Below are positions 50,983 through 63,952 of a DNA stretch of 64,000 nucleotides, piece by piece (the first letter of the stretch is position 1; the number at the start of each line of letters is the position of its first letter). The translations under genes were made by a program, and so were the position numbers. The notes under the pieces are model-generated. The model was given only the letters and a program-made list of their open reading frames with translations, did no database searches and was not told where the DNA came from. Location of the stretch: the NCBI RefSeq assembly GCF_001194135.2, contig NC_069003.1, forward strand, positions 31,613,201-31,677,200, written 5' to 3'. The stretch is from Octopus bimaculoides (taxonomy: Eukaryota).

Positions 50983-52900
50983 GTCAGTATTTAGTTTTTG
51001 TTGTTATTGTTGTTGATTTCTGTTTCTGAGTTCAAATTCTTCAAGGGAGGTGATTTAATAAAAAAAAAAAAAAGAAGAAAAAAAGGTAACCAGTTCAGTA
51101 CTGGGTCCAACACAATCAACTTATTCTACATAAAATTCACAGCTTTCTGCCAAAGTTAAGAGATCATTATTTTTCTTATTGAGATCACATGAAGCCAAGG
51201 CCAACTTTACTGTTTATCCTTCTAGGGTTGATAAAATAAAGTACCAACTAAATAAACAGTTGGATCCGAAGAAATTAGCAACAGTCTATATTGGCAAATG
51301 AGTGTAAACAGCACAAAGGCAGCCTAAACTAGGTTTTGCTTTGTAGAAGAAGAAAAGTCTAAAATCCCCCCTTCCCCATTGCAAACACATTTATTCCGCT
51401 TTTGATCTGTTTTAGTCCTTGGTTTAATTAAATTAAATATTCCCCCACCATCCAACACCATGTGTCTATTTTAGTATTGAAGGCTAGTGACTTGACAGAA
51501 TTGGTGGGGCAGCTGACAAAAATACCTTGTAGTATTTAATCATTTTAGGTTCTGAGTTCAGTTGGTAAGAAAGTAAGAAAAAAAAAAGGTCAAGTTACCG
51601 TCTCACATCATGCTGACGCATAAGGGCTGGTTTCCATGGTGTATAAATATCCCACCTGGACTTGATGCCAATCCATCACAGGATTATTCATTGTTGATTA
51701 CATTATTCAATGTGTCCCCTACCCCTAATTATTAAAATGCTAGTATTCGATTTGAAAGAGATTTGGCTGCTATTTCTAGCAGATCAAGCAGAGGCTCCCT
51801 AGTTGTCTTGAAGTGTGTGTGTAGGAGAGTGGGTGAAGTAAGGCCAATATCAATATTGTTAATTCATTGTTGACACATGTGCAGTGACCAAGGGCTCTTA
51901 TGGTACATTATTACTGTACCCAAGTAAACTGTTGACCTAATTACTGGTTGACTTCAGGATTGGTTGGTTTAGTTTTAATTTTGGCCTGAGAGTGTACTAA
52001 AAAGTAGATGGCAGAGAAAAATATCTTGGTGGGGGGGGGAGACATCAACCAAGGTTTTTACCCCACCAATGTTTATATCAGGAACAACTCCCAAAGCATA
52101 CAGTTTTAAAAACCATATCATTGAACTAGGCTACATACAGCATGTATTATTTGCTTGCTTTCCAGCTGTGTCTCATAAAAATGAAGGGTTTATATTAAAA
52201 TTGGATTTGTTATTTGTATCCCTTTATATATCCTCAATTTATATCCATTTATCTATCTTCGATGATGATGATGAGCATTTGTTGCATTCATGCAAGAACT
52301 ACCACCATGGGGTAGTATGAGTTTGTGTGAATGAGTTAAAAGTCTTGCTAGGCCACCTTTGCCTTTCATCTTTTCTGGGGGTCAGCAAGTGCCAGTCTAC
52401 AATTATTGGGTGTGGTATGGGTAGTGTGACCCCTCCCCCAGCCCATCCTACTCTGTGGCTACTGTCCAATGACTGAAGCCAGTCAGAAAAAAAAAAAAAA
52501 ACAAACATCGCAACACAATGAAAATATTTTTTCCTGTCCTCTGGTGTCTATTTATATATTCTGTCATTTTGACCTAAAAATTTAGGGAAAGTAGGGGAGA
52601 AGATTTGTTTTTATATTGCACAAAATCGATCTGGTTTTCCTCTTTGTTATACATACGGACTGTGGTAACACCCGTGTACATAGGCATGCACACACACAAA
52701 CACACACACATGTATGTGTATATATGTATTTGGCTGTATGGTAAAAAGTCTTGTTTCCCAACCTTATGGTTCCGGATTCAGTCCCACTGCAAGGCGCCTT
52801 GGTTGACCAAAGCTTTGTGAGTGGATTTGGTAGACAAACTGAAAGAAGCTCTTCATATATGAATATACATGTATATATCTATGTGTCTGTGGCTTTGAGT

Positions 52901-53218
52901 GAAGGCACATGGCTCAGTGGTTAGAGCGTCAGGCTCACGATCATGAGGTAGCGAGTTTGATTCCTGGACCAGGCTGTGTGTTGTGTTCTTGAGCAAGACA
53001 TTTTATTCACTCAACTGTAGAAATGAATTGCAATGTCACTGGTGCCAAGCTGTACCAGCCCCTTTGCCTTTTTCTTTGATAATATCAGTGGCACGGAGTG
53101 GGGAGGCTGGTATGCATGGGCAACTGTTGGTCTTTCATAAACAACCTTGCCCAGACTTGTGCCTCAGAGGGTAACTTTCTAGGTGCAGTCACATGGTCAT
53201 TTATGACTGAAGGCCGTC
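52901..53218 (+). mobile_element. tRNA-derived SINE family D
   Basis: A box tggctcagtggttaga, B box gagtttgattcc, body cttgagcaagacattttatt...agctgtagaaatg...ggtgccaagctgta. Copies at 49884-50197 and 23391-23570. Confidence 0.82.
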
Positions 53219-56200
53219 TATACCCTTTTTACCCCATGGCTTTGTGTTTGTCCCCCACCACCACTTGCCAGCTGGTGTTGGTTTATTCTTTTATTTGTTT
53301 CAGCCATTTGACTGCAGCCATGCTAGAGCACTGCCTTTATTTACATCCCAGTAACTTAGTGGTTCAGCAGAAGAGACTGATGGAATATGTAATAGGTTTT
53401 TTAAAAAAATGTAAGTGCTGAGGTCAGTTTGTTCAGCTAAACTCCTCAAGGCAGTATCCTTGAATGGCTGCCATCCAATGACTGAAACAAACAAATGATA
53501 AAAGTTGTGTGTGTGTGTGTGTGTGAAAATGAATTTTGAGGCAGAAGACATTCTAGTCGATAATTATTGACTGGATTCTCTGACAATGAATAGCCTGAGT
53601 GGAAGGAAGGAAGGAAGGAAGAAAGACTTCCTTTAAACTTCCAGTCTTCATCATCGGTCTGCAAGATCTTGCTCTCTGTTTAGTTGTCTGTTGCCCACCT
53701 CTGAATGTGTTCAGTTACATATTTCAATGGTTTTGACCAAGTTAATTAATGATGTCTGTTTTGTTCTAATTAATTACTGTCTACCAATGTCCATTAAAGA
53801 ATGGCCCAGAACTAGTAATTACTTATCTTTTCTCATATATAGCATATATTTCTCTTNNNNNNNNNNNNNNACACAGAATGCCTTTTCTGTGCTGTATGGA
53901 ATAGGAAGAAGTTCCATTCGACCAATCTCTGATATTTCACATATGCTGGACTAATTAAGGTTTTTATCTCAGACGTTACTACCCTCTCCAGCCCCAGCTG
54001 AGTTGATTAAACTCGACAGACTAATGATTGTTTTCTCGTTAGCTCTATTCCTCTCACTTCCTCTTCAGCTGTTGTGCAGCTTATTTCAAACTCTTCTTCT
54101 TCTTCTTCTTCTTCTGCTGCTGCTTATGTTGAAATGGCCAGTCTGTATTTAATTGGATTGCATTATTTTAAAAACGAGGTAAGGATAATGTTAGTGCCAG
54201 TGACGGACATTTTAACAGAATTTGTGGAGTGTCGGTCAAAATGCCTTGCAGTATTTAAGTTATATACCTTTAAATTCTAAGTAAGTCCATATCCACCTTG
54301 ACTCAATTTTGCCGTTTATCTTTTGGGCTGGTGGGTTCCAAATAAAATGAAGACTAGGGTCAGTTTAATGGACATACAAAAGAGAGAACAAACTGCCCAT
54401 GTGAAAAATTAATATTGCAATTGTTATCAATGACTGTACCTTCTGTTCCTAATTGTGCCTGTATTAGAAATTATCATCTAAGATTGTGAGCTGGCAGAAT
54501 CGTTACCATGCCCGGCAAAGTACTTATCGGCATTTTGTTCATCTTCATGTTCTGAGTTGAAATTCTGCCACAGTCATCTCTGCCTTTTATCTTTTCGGGG
54601 TCAATAAAATAAGAATCATTCGAGCACTGGGGTCAATGTAATGAACTAGCTCGCTCCTTTAAAATTTCAGGCCTTGTGCCTTGAGTAGTAAGAATTATTA
54701 ATAGGGTGAGGGAATTGACAGAATCTCTCAGGTCAGTGTGTACCAGAGTAGAATTTTTTCACCCTTTCATTACCAAATTTCTGTTGAAATACACAATCTT
54801 TGTTGCAGTTAGTTTTGAAAATCATACAGAATTTGTGAAAATTGTTTTGCCATTATAAAGATTGTTTGACGTGAAATTTTGATGGAAGGTTTTAACTTTC
54901 ATCTCTTTCAAGCATCTGTCATAAAACTAGAAGCAGGTTTAGGCATGATGGTACCAAAAAGGGTTAATGGGTCTTTTTAATAGCATTTAGTTACATCCCT
55001 TTACTTTCTGAGTTTAAATCCTGCCAAAGTTGATTTTGTGTTTCAACTTTCAACAAGCAATAAGTTAAAGTACCAGCTATATATTGGGGGAGAGGGGGTT
55101 GCTATTTCTCTTTCTTTTTCAGAATTTCTGACTTTCTGCCTTTGTTTGAGAAACCATTATTTTAAGAGGAGAATGAAACTGGCACAATTCCCTTCTCCTT
55201 CTGTAGAACTGTTTAAAATTATTCAGTTGTTAAAGATTGTCAAAGTGATTTGCCCTGTATGGGAAATGTACTTTTGTGGGGCTGTATTTCAGTCAGTATT
55301 TTCACAAGTTGGCTACAATATAGAATACAACATAGATTGTTAAGTGTGGAGGGCTTTGTCAAATCATTCTTTGCTGTTTTTTTTTTTCTTTCTTTCTGAC
55401 GATAGTTTTATTCTTCTGTTTACGCAATTATATAGGAGCATGTATAGGTTTGAGGCTATGAGGTTTATTTCATAACCAAGTGGTTCTGAGATCGGTTCTG
55501 CTGTGTGGCATCTTGGAGAGATATCTTCTGCTATAGTCTTGAGTTAACTAATCAGTGCTTTGTGACTAGAATTATTTGACAGAAACCGAGAAGCCATTGT
55601 TGTGTGTGTGTCATTTCACTCATTTCACATGTCCTCATTAACAACTTCTCAGAAAAAAAATTAGTATCTTCGTTTAAAGTCCTGAAGTTTCAGCTTTTAA
55701 CATGCGAGGACCAGTGAAATGAAAAACCAAACCTTTACTTAGAAAATAGCTAAGAAGGCCCTTGTGTGTTATTTGTGTCCCTCTTGTCCACTGCTTGACA
55801 ACCAGTGTTGGTGTATTTATGTCCCTGTAACTTAACGGTTCAGCATAAGAGGCTGATAGAATAAGTACCTGGGGGTCAATCCATTTTACTAAAAATTCTT
55901 CAAGGTGGTTCCCCAGCACAGCCGCACAGTCTAATGAGTGAAACAAGCAAAAGATAGATATATCTAGGCTTACACATTATTCAATGTAATAAGAGTGGTG
56001 TGTATTTCTAGATTTCTAGCAAGTCAAGGGACCACTTAGTTGCTCCATCAGCATTTCATGGTAGAACATGTAGAATGTGGCAATGCAGTCATGTTTGAAC
56101 TGCAGTTCAGTAATTTAATATGCCACATGGGGATGGTGTGAAGAACATTTAGTTGCACTTGTCTGCTTTCATTTCAGATTATAAATGAAACAAGTAGTTC

Positions 56201-57275
56201 TTTTTTCATTTTTTTGGGGGGGGGTTTTCTGTGTTTTTCTTGTTTTTTTTTTTACCGATTCTTACAGAGAACTTGCATTAAACATAAGAATTATGGTACT
56301 TGAGATATTCTTAACAAGTTTCCTACTCCTTTGTTATCTGTGAAGAGGTTTAGCTAAATATAAGAGGTTTTGTTTTTGTTTTGTTTTTTTTGTTTGTTGT
56401 TGTTGCTTATTGAATGACAGTTCTCTGTGGTTTATATAGCATTGTTAGAGGTGAGGTGATAACTGAAGGAGAAACAAAAGAAAGGGTGGAGTTCCTTCTT
56501 TTGGAGGAGTTGTACTGAAAGGATGGTTCAGATATTTATTATTATTAGTCACTTGTAGAGTATGTGAGTAATTGAGTGAAGAACTGCTGCTGCTGTTGTG
56601 GTTATTTACCTGTGGAGATGAAATGTTATCTGAGATTTAATTTCTCTTTAGACTTGGAAACCTAGAGGTGTGTGTGTGTGTGTAAGTATAATATCTGTAT
56701 ATGTATGAATATCATATCTGTATATGTGGACATGTATATGTAGTTTTTTAAATATAATCTATGCTCCAAATGTATTGTTCTTATTTTAAATTGTGTGTGT
56801 GTAAGCAGTAGAGGAGGAATATGAGAGATAAAGGACCATTGGAGAGAGGGAGGGATGGAGACATAAAAGACTATAAAGGTAAGAAGAGATATAGAAAGAA
56901 CTGCCTTCTGATAATGAGGTTGAGGTTTCAGAAACGGTTTTTGAAGGAAAGCCATTTTGTTTTTATAAATAGCAACAACCATTGGAGAATTCTTAATGTT
57001 CTTGAAGGGAATTTCCGTAAATAATTACAGGAATAATGAAACAGAATGAAGAAAATTAATAAATTGTATTGCCTTAATGCCATAATTAATGCTAACGAAG
57101 GTTGAGAATGGCTCTGTTTCTCATTCTCAGAGGTCAGCCTTGATCATGCAAATCTATGATCAACCCTTTAGCATTCGGATTACTTTGTCACATATAATGC
57201 ATATTTATTCATATTCTTTTGAATTAATCATGGATTATCTCATAATTTTGAGATTTTGATGATGTGATTGTTTAT

Positions 57276-57470
57276 ACAGTTCTATATTTAAGGATGAGGA
57301 ATTATGTACATTATTTACATTATTTACATTTGATGGATGTTTGTCCTCATCTTGTTTGTTATTAATTTCCCCCCATGACACCTGATGACGGCTGGAGGGT
57401 ATATCAGCCAAAACGTTGTGCTAACAACAAGCAAGATGAGGACAAATATCCGTCAAATGTAAATAATGTA
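57276..57470 (+). mobile_element. 195-bp fold-back insertion carrying a hammerhead-like core (Penelope-type), 9-bp TSD
   Basis: ATTGTTTAT duplicated at 57267-75 and 57471-79. 50-nt inverted arms at 57316-65 and 57421-70. Confidence 0.72.
57379..57420 (+). ncRNA. Minimal type I hammerhead ribozyme-like motif (G12>A, probably inactive)
   Basis: CAC-CTGATGA-C-GGCTG-loop-CAGCC-AAAAC-GT-T-GTG. Stems I and II pair and stem III is the palindrome ACGT. G12 is replaced by A at 57410. Confidence 0.6.
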
Positions 57471-58533
57471 ATTGTTTATCTTTAGAATGATATTAGAGGC
57501 TGGATGTGGCCAGTTTGAACTTCAAACAGAACAAATATTTGCGCTGGATATGGCCGGTTTAAACACTAATAGGTTAAAGATATTCTAAATATGCCACCTC
57601 TGCCATTTCTTGCTTNNNNNNNNNNNNNNNNNNNNNNNNNNNNNNNNNNNNNNNNNNNNNNNNNNNNNNNNNNNNNNNNNNNNNNNNNNNNNNNNNNNNN
57701 NNNNNNNNNNNNNNNNNNNNNNNNNNNNNNNNNNNNNNNNNNNNNNNNNNNNNNNNNNNNNNNNNNNNNNNNNNNNNNNNNNNNNNNNNNNNNNNNNNNN
57801 NNNNNNNNNNNNNNNNNNNNNNNNNNNNNNNNNNNNNNNNNNNNNNNNNNNNNNNNNNNNNNNNNNNNNNNNNNNNNNNNNNNNNNNNNNNNNNNNNNNN
57901 NNNNNNNNNNNNNNNNNNNNNNNNNNNNNNNNNNNNNNNNNNNNNNNNNNNNNNNNNCCCCCCCCCCCCCCGTCACCACTTGAAAACTGGTGTTGGTGTG
58001 TTTACTTCCCTGTAACTTAGCGGTTCAGCAAAGAGACCAATAAGTATTAGGCTTTAGAAAATAAGTCCTGGGGTCGATTTGTTTGACTAAAACCCATTCA
58101 GGGCGGTGCTCCAGCATGGCTGCAGTCAAATGACTGAAACAAATAAAAGAATAGGTTTATATGTATATCATAATCCATGTATGGTATATATCTGGTATAT
58201 AATGTGCAGTTGCAACCTGTACATAGCAGGTTTAGTTGTTGTGATTCAGCCACAGATCAGCCCCAACCTGATCCCAAAAATTTTTGAATAATATTCCAGA
58301 CATTAACCATCCCATCATCTACTCAAATGTAATCTTTCTGGTACAGCATTATGCTATTTCATTATTATTTTTTTCCCTTGTCTTTTTCTCATTAGAAGGT
58401 AGTAGATATGATTTGGGAAGGTTTTGCTGTTATTTGCAGTTAGATGAGCAGTAGCATAGAAACTCCTTTGTTGGCTAATGTCTTGACTGCATGGTAATAA
58501 TCAGCGGTAAAAGTGGCTGGCTTCAGTCTAGCA

Positions 58534-58843
58534 TAGGGGTTCTTAACTATTTTTGTAATTCATGGACCCCATTGTTTGCTATTTTATTCTGGTGGACCCC
58601 CACCCCCCATAGCCATTCTTCCAAAAGTCCTATTTTGTTTCTCACACATTGTGTAGGTTCAACTTCGTAAATTGTTAGAGAAAGAAACCTAGCTGTTTCT
58701 TGCAATACATACCAATGCATACATCTAAAGCAAACTGTTTTCAGAGGCCCTTAAAATACTATTGTGGATCCCCAATTTACTATTGGGAACCCCCTCCCCA
58801 CCAAATCCTATATGGGACACCCTCCCCCAGTTGAAAACCACTG
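58534..58843. mobile_element. hAT MITE
   Basis: taggggttcttaac ... gttgaaaaccactg. TSD gtctagca / gtctagag. Internal match to the 40688 copy. Confidence 0.72.
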
Positions 58844-59224
58844 GTCTAGAGGTTGGCTAGTTGTGAATGAAGACTGGCAACAGATGTAGACAAAAAGCAT
58901 AGTTTATTGTTGAAGGACTTAATTGTTAGCACACAGGACAAAATATCTAGCAGCCTTTCTTCGTTTCTTCAGGCTTTTGTGTTGCCCAAATTCCATCGAG
59001 TTCAATTTTCGATCATAGGTTTGCTGTGTCAGATCCTGCAGAGACCTAAGTTGCTGGATCAGATCAGAGGTCATCAGCTCCAAGGACAGATTTATATCAA
59101 CATTACAACAATTTGGGAGGGTGGGGATGAGGGTGTTTCATAGCTTCTGTGTGGTTGCTAGAAATAGCAATTAAATCTCTCTCCTCATTCTGTACTATCT
59201 TTAAAATGGAAGGATGCATTAGAT

Positions 59225-59462
59225 TAGTGGTTCTCAACTGGGGTCCATACAAGATTTTATTGTTAAAATTTATGTGCAATAAAATAGCTAATACTTCTGC
59301 AAATACACAAAAGATTAAAATTTATATTTTAATGTTTTTACACAATTCCTAATAATATAAAAGAATATTTTAAAACATCGAAAGGTTATGGAGATCCGGC
59401 AAAGTAAAATAGGAAATGGGAATCGAAGGAGTCCATAGACAAAAATTGGCTGAGAACCACCG
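59225..59462. mobile_element. hAT MITE
   Basis: tagtggttctcaac ... gctgagaaccaccg. TSD cattagat / ctttagat. Partial copies at about 38814-38950 and 43890-44013. Confidence 0.75.
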
Positions 59463-59891
59463 CTTTAGATAAAGGAGACGATATGTCTGAAGAAAAGTAT
59501 GGAACAGCCTCGATTATGAATCTGCTTTGTCAGAAGTAGCCTAGGGCTAAATGAATAGCACAACAACAGGATAGAACCCATCCACAATATACTCCTCCCC
59601 ACCCCGTAAAAAAGAAAAAAACTTCACTCAACATTTGGTTAATATTTCAGGAAATCTTTCTGGTTCCTTCATCTTCCTTTTTCGGGTTCACCCCCTTCTG
59701 TTAATTGCTCATTGTTCAGAGCTTATCCTCCCTGCACCCTACTCATCACCCTATTTCCTTACCATTGTTATCAGTGCCTTTGTTATCTATTCACAGAAGT
59801 CCTTAGCTTAGCAATAAATAACTCCAGCAGAGCCCACAACCCAGACTCTGTCTACCCCCATTCCACCCCTTACAACTACTTCAGACTGTTA

Positions 59892-59938
<47 letters not shown>

Positions 59939-59948
59939 NNNNNNNNNN

Positions 59949-59994
<46 letters not shown>

Positions 59995-60804
59995 CACGCA
60001 TGCAGTTTTGTCTTGCTACCCCTTACCATGATCCCTTCCTCTACCATTATCCTTATTATCACCCGCCATTAATAGTCATTGGATAGCTTTGCAATGTGCC
60101 ATATACTTGAATATAGACAGCATGAAGAACTTCCTTCCAGCAAGTCTGTGGAAGCAGAAGATTACCAATGTTTCAGCACCAAAGAAGAAACCAATATGAA
60201 TCTCAGTTGTAAAGTGTATGCATGTGCACACACACACATACACACACACACACACACACAGAGGCATGTATTCATGCATATTTATTCCATATATCCTAAG
60301 ATACATCTAGTTCAGTTAGGACAAACTCAAGACCTAATACTGAATTTATTACATTTCAGTACATATTACATTCAACTTACATACTAATTAATATAATCTC
60401 TTAATATTCAATTTCTAAAATTTTTGAATATTATAAGCAGTGTTTTTATAAAAAATTATATTGAAATGATGAAATATATAAAATGTTGTTTAGTTGGAAG
60501 CAATTCTTAAAGCTAGGTACAGTGTAAGAAAGAAGACTCTAGAAGCATTAATGTACTTGAGTATTTATTATTTGTTGCTTGGTAGCCAAGTTTAATCAGC
60601 AACAAGCAAAATTTTATTTAAAATTGAAATTCTTTCATAAAGGTAATCCAGCATGGATGTGGTTGTATGGTTAAGAAGCTTGCTTCCTAACTATATGGTC
60701 TTGGGTTCAGTCCTGTTGCACAGTACCTTGGGCAAGTTGTCTACTATAACTCTAGGCCAACCAAAGCTGTGTGAATAGATTTGGTTGATGGAAATCAAAA
60801 ATTA

Positions 60805-61038
60805 AGGCAGAGAGCTGGCAGAAACATTAGCACGCCGGGCGAAATGCTTAGCGGTATTTCGTCTGCCGCTACGTTCTGAGTTCAAATTCTGCCGAGGTCA
60901 ACTTAGCCTTTCATCCTTGCAGGGTCGATTAAATAAGTACCAGTTATGCACTGGAGTCAATGTAATCGACTTAATCCATTTGTCTGTCCTTGTTTGTCCC
61001 CTCTGTGTGTAGCCCCTTGTGGGCAATAAAGAAATAAG
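60805..61038 (+). mobile_element. SINE family A inserted into a family B SINE
   Basis: Near-identical to 44420. TSD ggaaatcaaaa on both sides. Host SINE-B spans about 60650-61210. Confidence 0.85.
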
Positions 61039-61700
61039 GAAATCAAAAGAAGCCTCTGTGTGTTTGACAACAAGTGTTGGTTTGTTTATGTTGCCGGTTC
61101 AGCAAAGGACTACGATAGACTAAGTAGTGGGGTCAATTTGTTTAACTAATCAAGGCAGCACTCCAGTATGGTCGCAGTGCAAGCACTGAATCAAGTACAT
61201 GATAGAAGATATAAGATAATCAATTCTGCCTTCTGTGTTAGGATATCTGTTGAAGAAATGGCACTGTCTTGTTTGTATTACAAAAACGTGGGTTGTTAGA
61301 TCAACCCAGTTATTAAAGACAGAAGTGGGTTTGTCAAGGGAAGTCTAGTTGCTGCTGTGAGCTTCCTTGTTCTTGAGATAAACCTTTCTGATGTTTTGAC
61401 ATTAAATACAGAATATGTTTAATTAGATACAAAAAGAGAACGAGTGTTATTGTTTAGAATTATCATAAAAAAATATATATCTGAATTTCAAGACATAGAA
61501 ATATATATTTATTATGAAAGAGATTAGCTGTATCTTCTTTCTAACACTTAAATAGTTCTCTGGTAGAGAGTTAATGATTGCCAAGAATGTTTACAAAATA
61601 ATTGGCTGCTATTTTTAGCAGTCAAGTGACTGTAAAGAAATTTCATTATGAACTGGTGTCCTCTTAAACCTACACAACATTGATATTACTTCATCTTTAA

Positions 61701-62075
61701 CCCTTTTGTTACCATATTTCTTTTGAGATGCTCTGTGTTTCTTTCATTTAATTTCAAATATAACAAAGAATTTAGTAAACTAACTTAATAATCATTAAGC
61801 TAGTGTTAGGAACATAAATTGTGACTAAGGTTTGGTGGAAGATTCTAATTCAAAACTTATGAAAACAAGACATTTGTACTACAGAGCTAGAGGTGGTTTC
61901 AGCTGGGTTGGTATCAGAAGGGTTAAATATAACAGAGAATTTAGTAAAATCACTTAGTTATCATTAAGCTAGTGTTAGAAACATAAATTGTGACTAAGGT
62001 TTGGTGGATGGTTTTAATTCAGAACTTTTGAAAACAAAGCCAGAGGCGATTTCATGCGGATTAGTATCAAAAGAG
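61701..62075. mobile_element. piggyBac-type MITE family G, full copy 61701-61922 plus tandem partial duplicate
   Basis: TTAA at 61697-700 and 61923-26. TIRs CCCTTTTGTTACC / GGTATCAGAAGGG. The internal portion is repeated to about 62075. Confidence 0.78.
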
Positions 62076-62084
62076 TTAAGTAAG

Positions 62085-62285
62085 CATCTCCTGCCATCCA
62101 AACATCCCATACCATTCACACCAACCATCCAAACCAACTATTCCTTACTATTCTGACCAACCAATGCATGCCATCCAAACCAACCATTCTATACAACCCA
62201 AATGAGTCATGCCATGCAAACCAAACATCCTGTACCATTCTGACCAACCATTCCATGCCAAATTAGCAACCAATCAATGCAGTCC
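62085..62285. repeat. Degenerate C/A-rich minisatellite (ccatccaaaccaaccattc-like units)
   Basis: Recurrent ccaaacc / accattc / gaccaacc motifs. Confidence 0.55.
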
Positions 62286-62321
62286 TAGGCAGCTATTCCA
62301 CATGTTAGGCCAACTCTCTTT

Positions 62322-62723
62322 TACTCTTTTACTTGTTTCAGTCATTTGACTGCAGCCATGCTGGAGCACCGCCTTTTAGTCAAACAAATCGACCCCAGGA
62401 CTTATTCTTTGTAAGCCTAGTACTTATTTTATCGGTATCTTTTGCCAAACCACTAAGTTACAGGTACGTAAGCACACCAACATCAGTTGTCAAGCGATGG
62501 TGGTGGGGGATAAACACAGACACACAAATACACACACACACACACACACATATGTGTGTGTGTGACAGGCTTCTCTTTGGTTTCTGTTTACCAAATCCAC
62601 CCACAAGGCTTTGGTCGGCTCAAGGCTGTAGTAGAAGACACTTGCCCAAGGTACTATGCAGTGGGAATGAACCTGGAACCATGTGGTTGGGAAGCAAGCT
62701 TCTTACCACACAGCCATTCCTGT
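62322..62723 (-). mobile_element. tRNA-derived SINE family B, near full length
   Basis: Reverse complement of ggctgtgtggtaagaagcttgcttcccaaccacatggttcc...ccttgggcaagtgtctt...(CA)n...gactgaaacaagtaaaagagta. Confidence 0.85.
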
Positions 62724-63907
62724 AGACAAAGCATACATTTTTTTTTTTATATGAACAACTTCAAAGAGCTTTCTGTTCTGTCATTGATCAGTTTTATGTC
62801 ATTGTGACACCACTAATCATTTCTATACATCTAAAACTGTAAATAATAACAGAAAAGACCAAAAAAGAAAGAAAAAAAGACATACACCATTTCTGAATAA
62901 TATAAAGAAATTGTAATTAATTTATTGGCCACTGATGTAAAAGTAATGAGCTGATAATGAAAAGACATACTTATTTAATTATTCTAATTGATTCATGTTC
63001 TGACCTTTGTATCACAGAATTATTTTGTCAACTATCAGTGAGCAGACAAAAACCCCACTTGTTTGCTACATTACTTACAGGGTCACAAACTAGTTTACCC
63101 CAGTGTCCACCCGCCCACCCTCAATATTCGCTCAATGTTAAGTATTTATCCCAGTGTAAGCATGGCTGTGTGGTTAAGATGTTTGCTTCTCTACCTTGTT
63201 GTCTTGGGTTCAATCCCACTTCTAAGACACTTGGTTAGTGCCTTGATAGTGGGACTGAACCCATCTTGGTTGTGACTTGGTCTCTTCTATTATAGACCCA
63301 GGCTGATCAGAGTCTTGTGAGTGGACTTGCTAGATGGAAACTGAAACAAGCCTGCTGTCTTTATGTGTCTCAGCACTGCTCGACAACTATTGTTGGTTTG
63401 TTTACATCCCTGTAACTTAGCAGTTTGGCAAAAGTGACTTTAAAAAAAAAGAAAAAAGTAGTGAGGGCAATGTGTTCGATTAACCCTTTGAAGCTGGTGC
63501 TTCAGTATGACCACTGACTGAAACAAGTAAACGACTAGGTAAATAGGTTGAACAATCTTCTGTGTATGTGTGTGTCTGTGTCTCCCTTCTCTCTCCCTTC
63601 TCCCTCTCCTCTCTCCCTCATCATCATGACAATCAGGCACAGGCATGGCTGTGTGGTAAGAAGCTTGCTTCCCAACTACATGGTTCCGGGTTCGATCCCA
63701 CTGCATCTCACCTTGGTTGACCAAACAAAGCCTTGTGAGTAGATTTGGTACACAGACACTGAAAGAAGCCCTTCGTATATACATATATATATATATTCAT
63801 TAGAAATGCAGAGACGCCTATAATAGGACATCTACTCGCTAGAAATAGCAGCAAAAATACTACATACCACAAAAGTTAGGGATAATTTCGAATAATTATA
63901 TATAATA

Positions 63908-63952
<45 letters not shown>

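Larger units (their letters stand above)
57164..57573. mobile_element. piggyBac-type MITE family F interrupted by a 195-bp insertion
   Basis: CCCTTTAGCATT start and family internal sequence on both sides of 57276-57470. Confidence 0.72.

Noticed and set aside
56821-57024. ORF MRDKGPLERGRDG... with a strong donor G|gtaaga
   Set aside because: The phase-1 donor lies downstream of the only phase-1 acceptor seen. The sequence is purine-rich and low-complexity with no homology.
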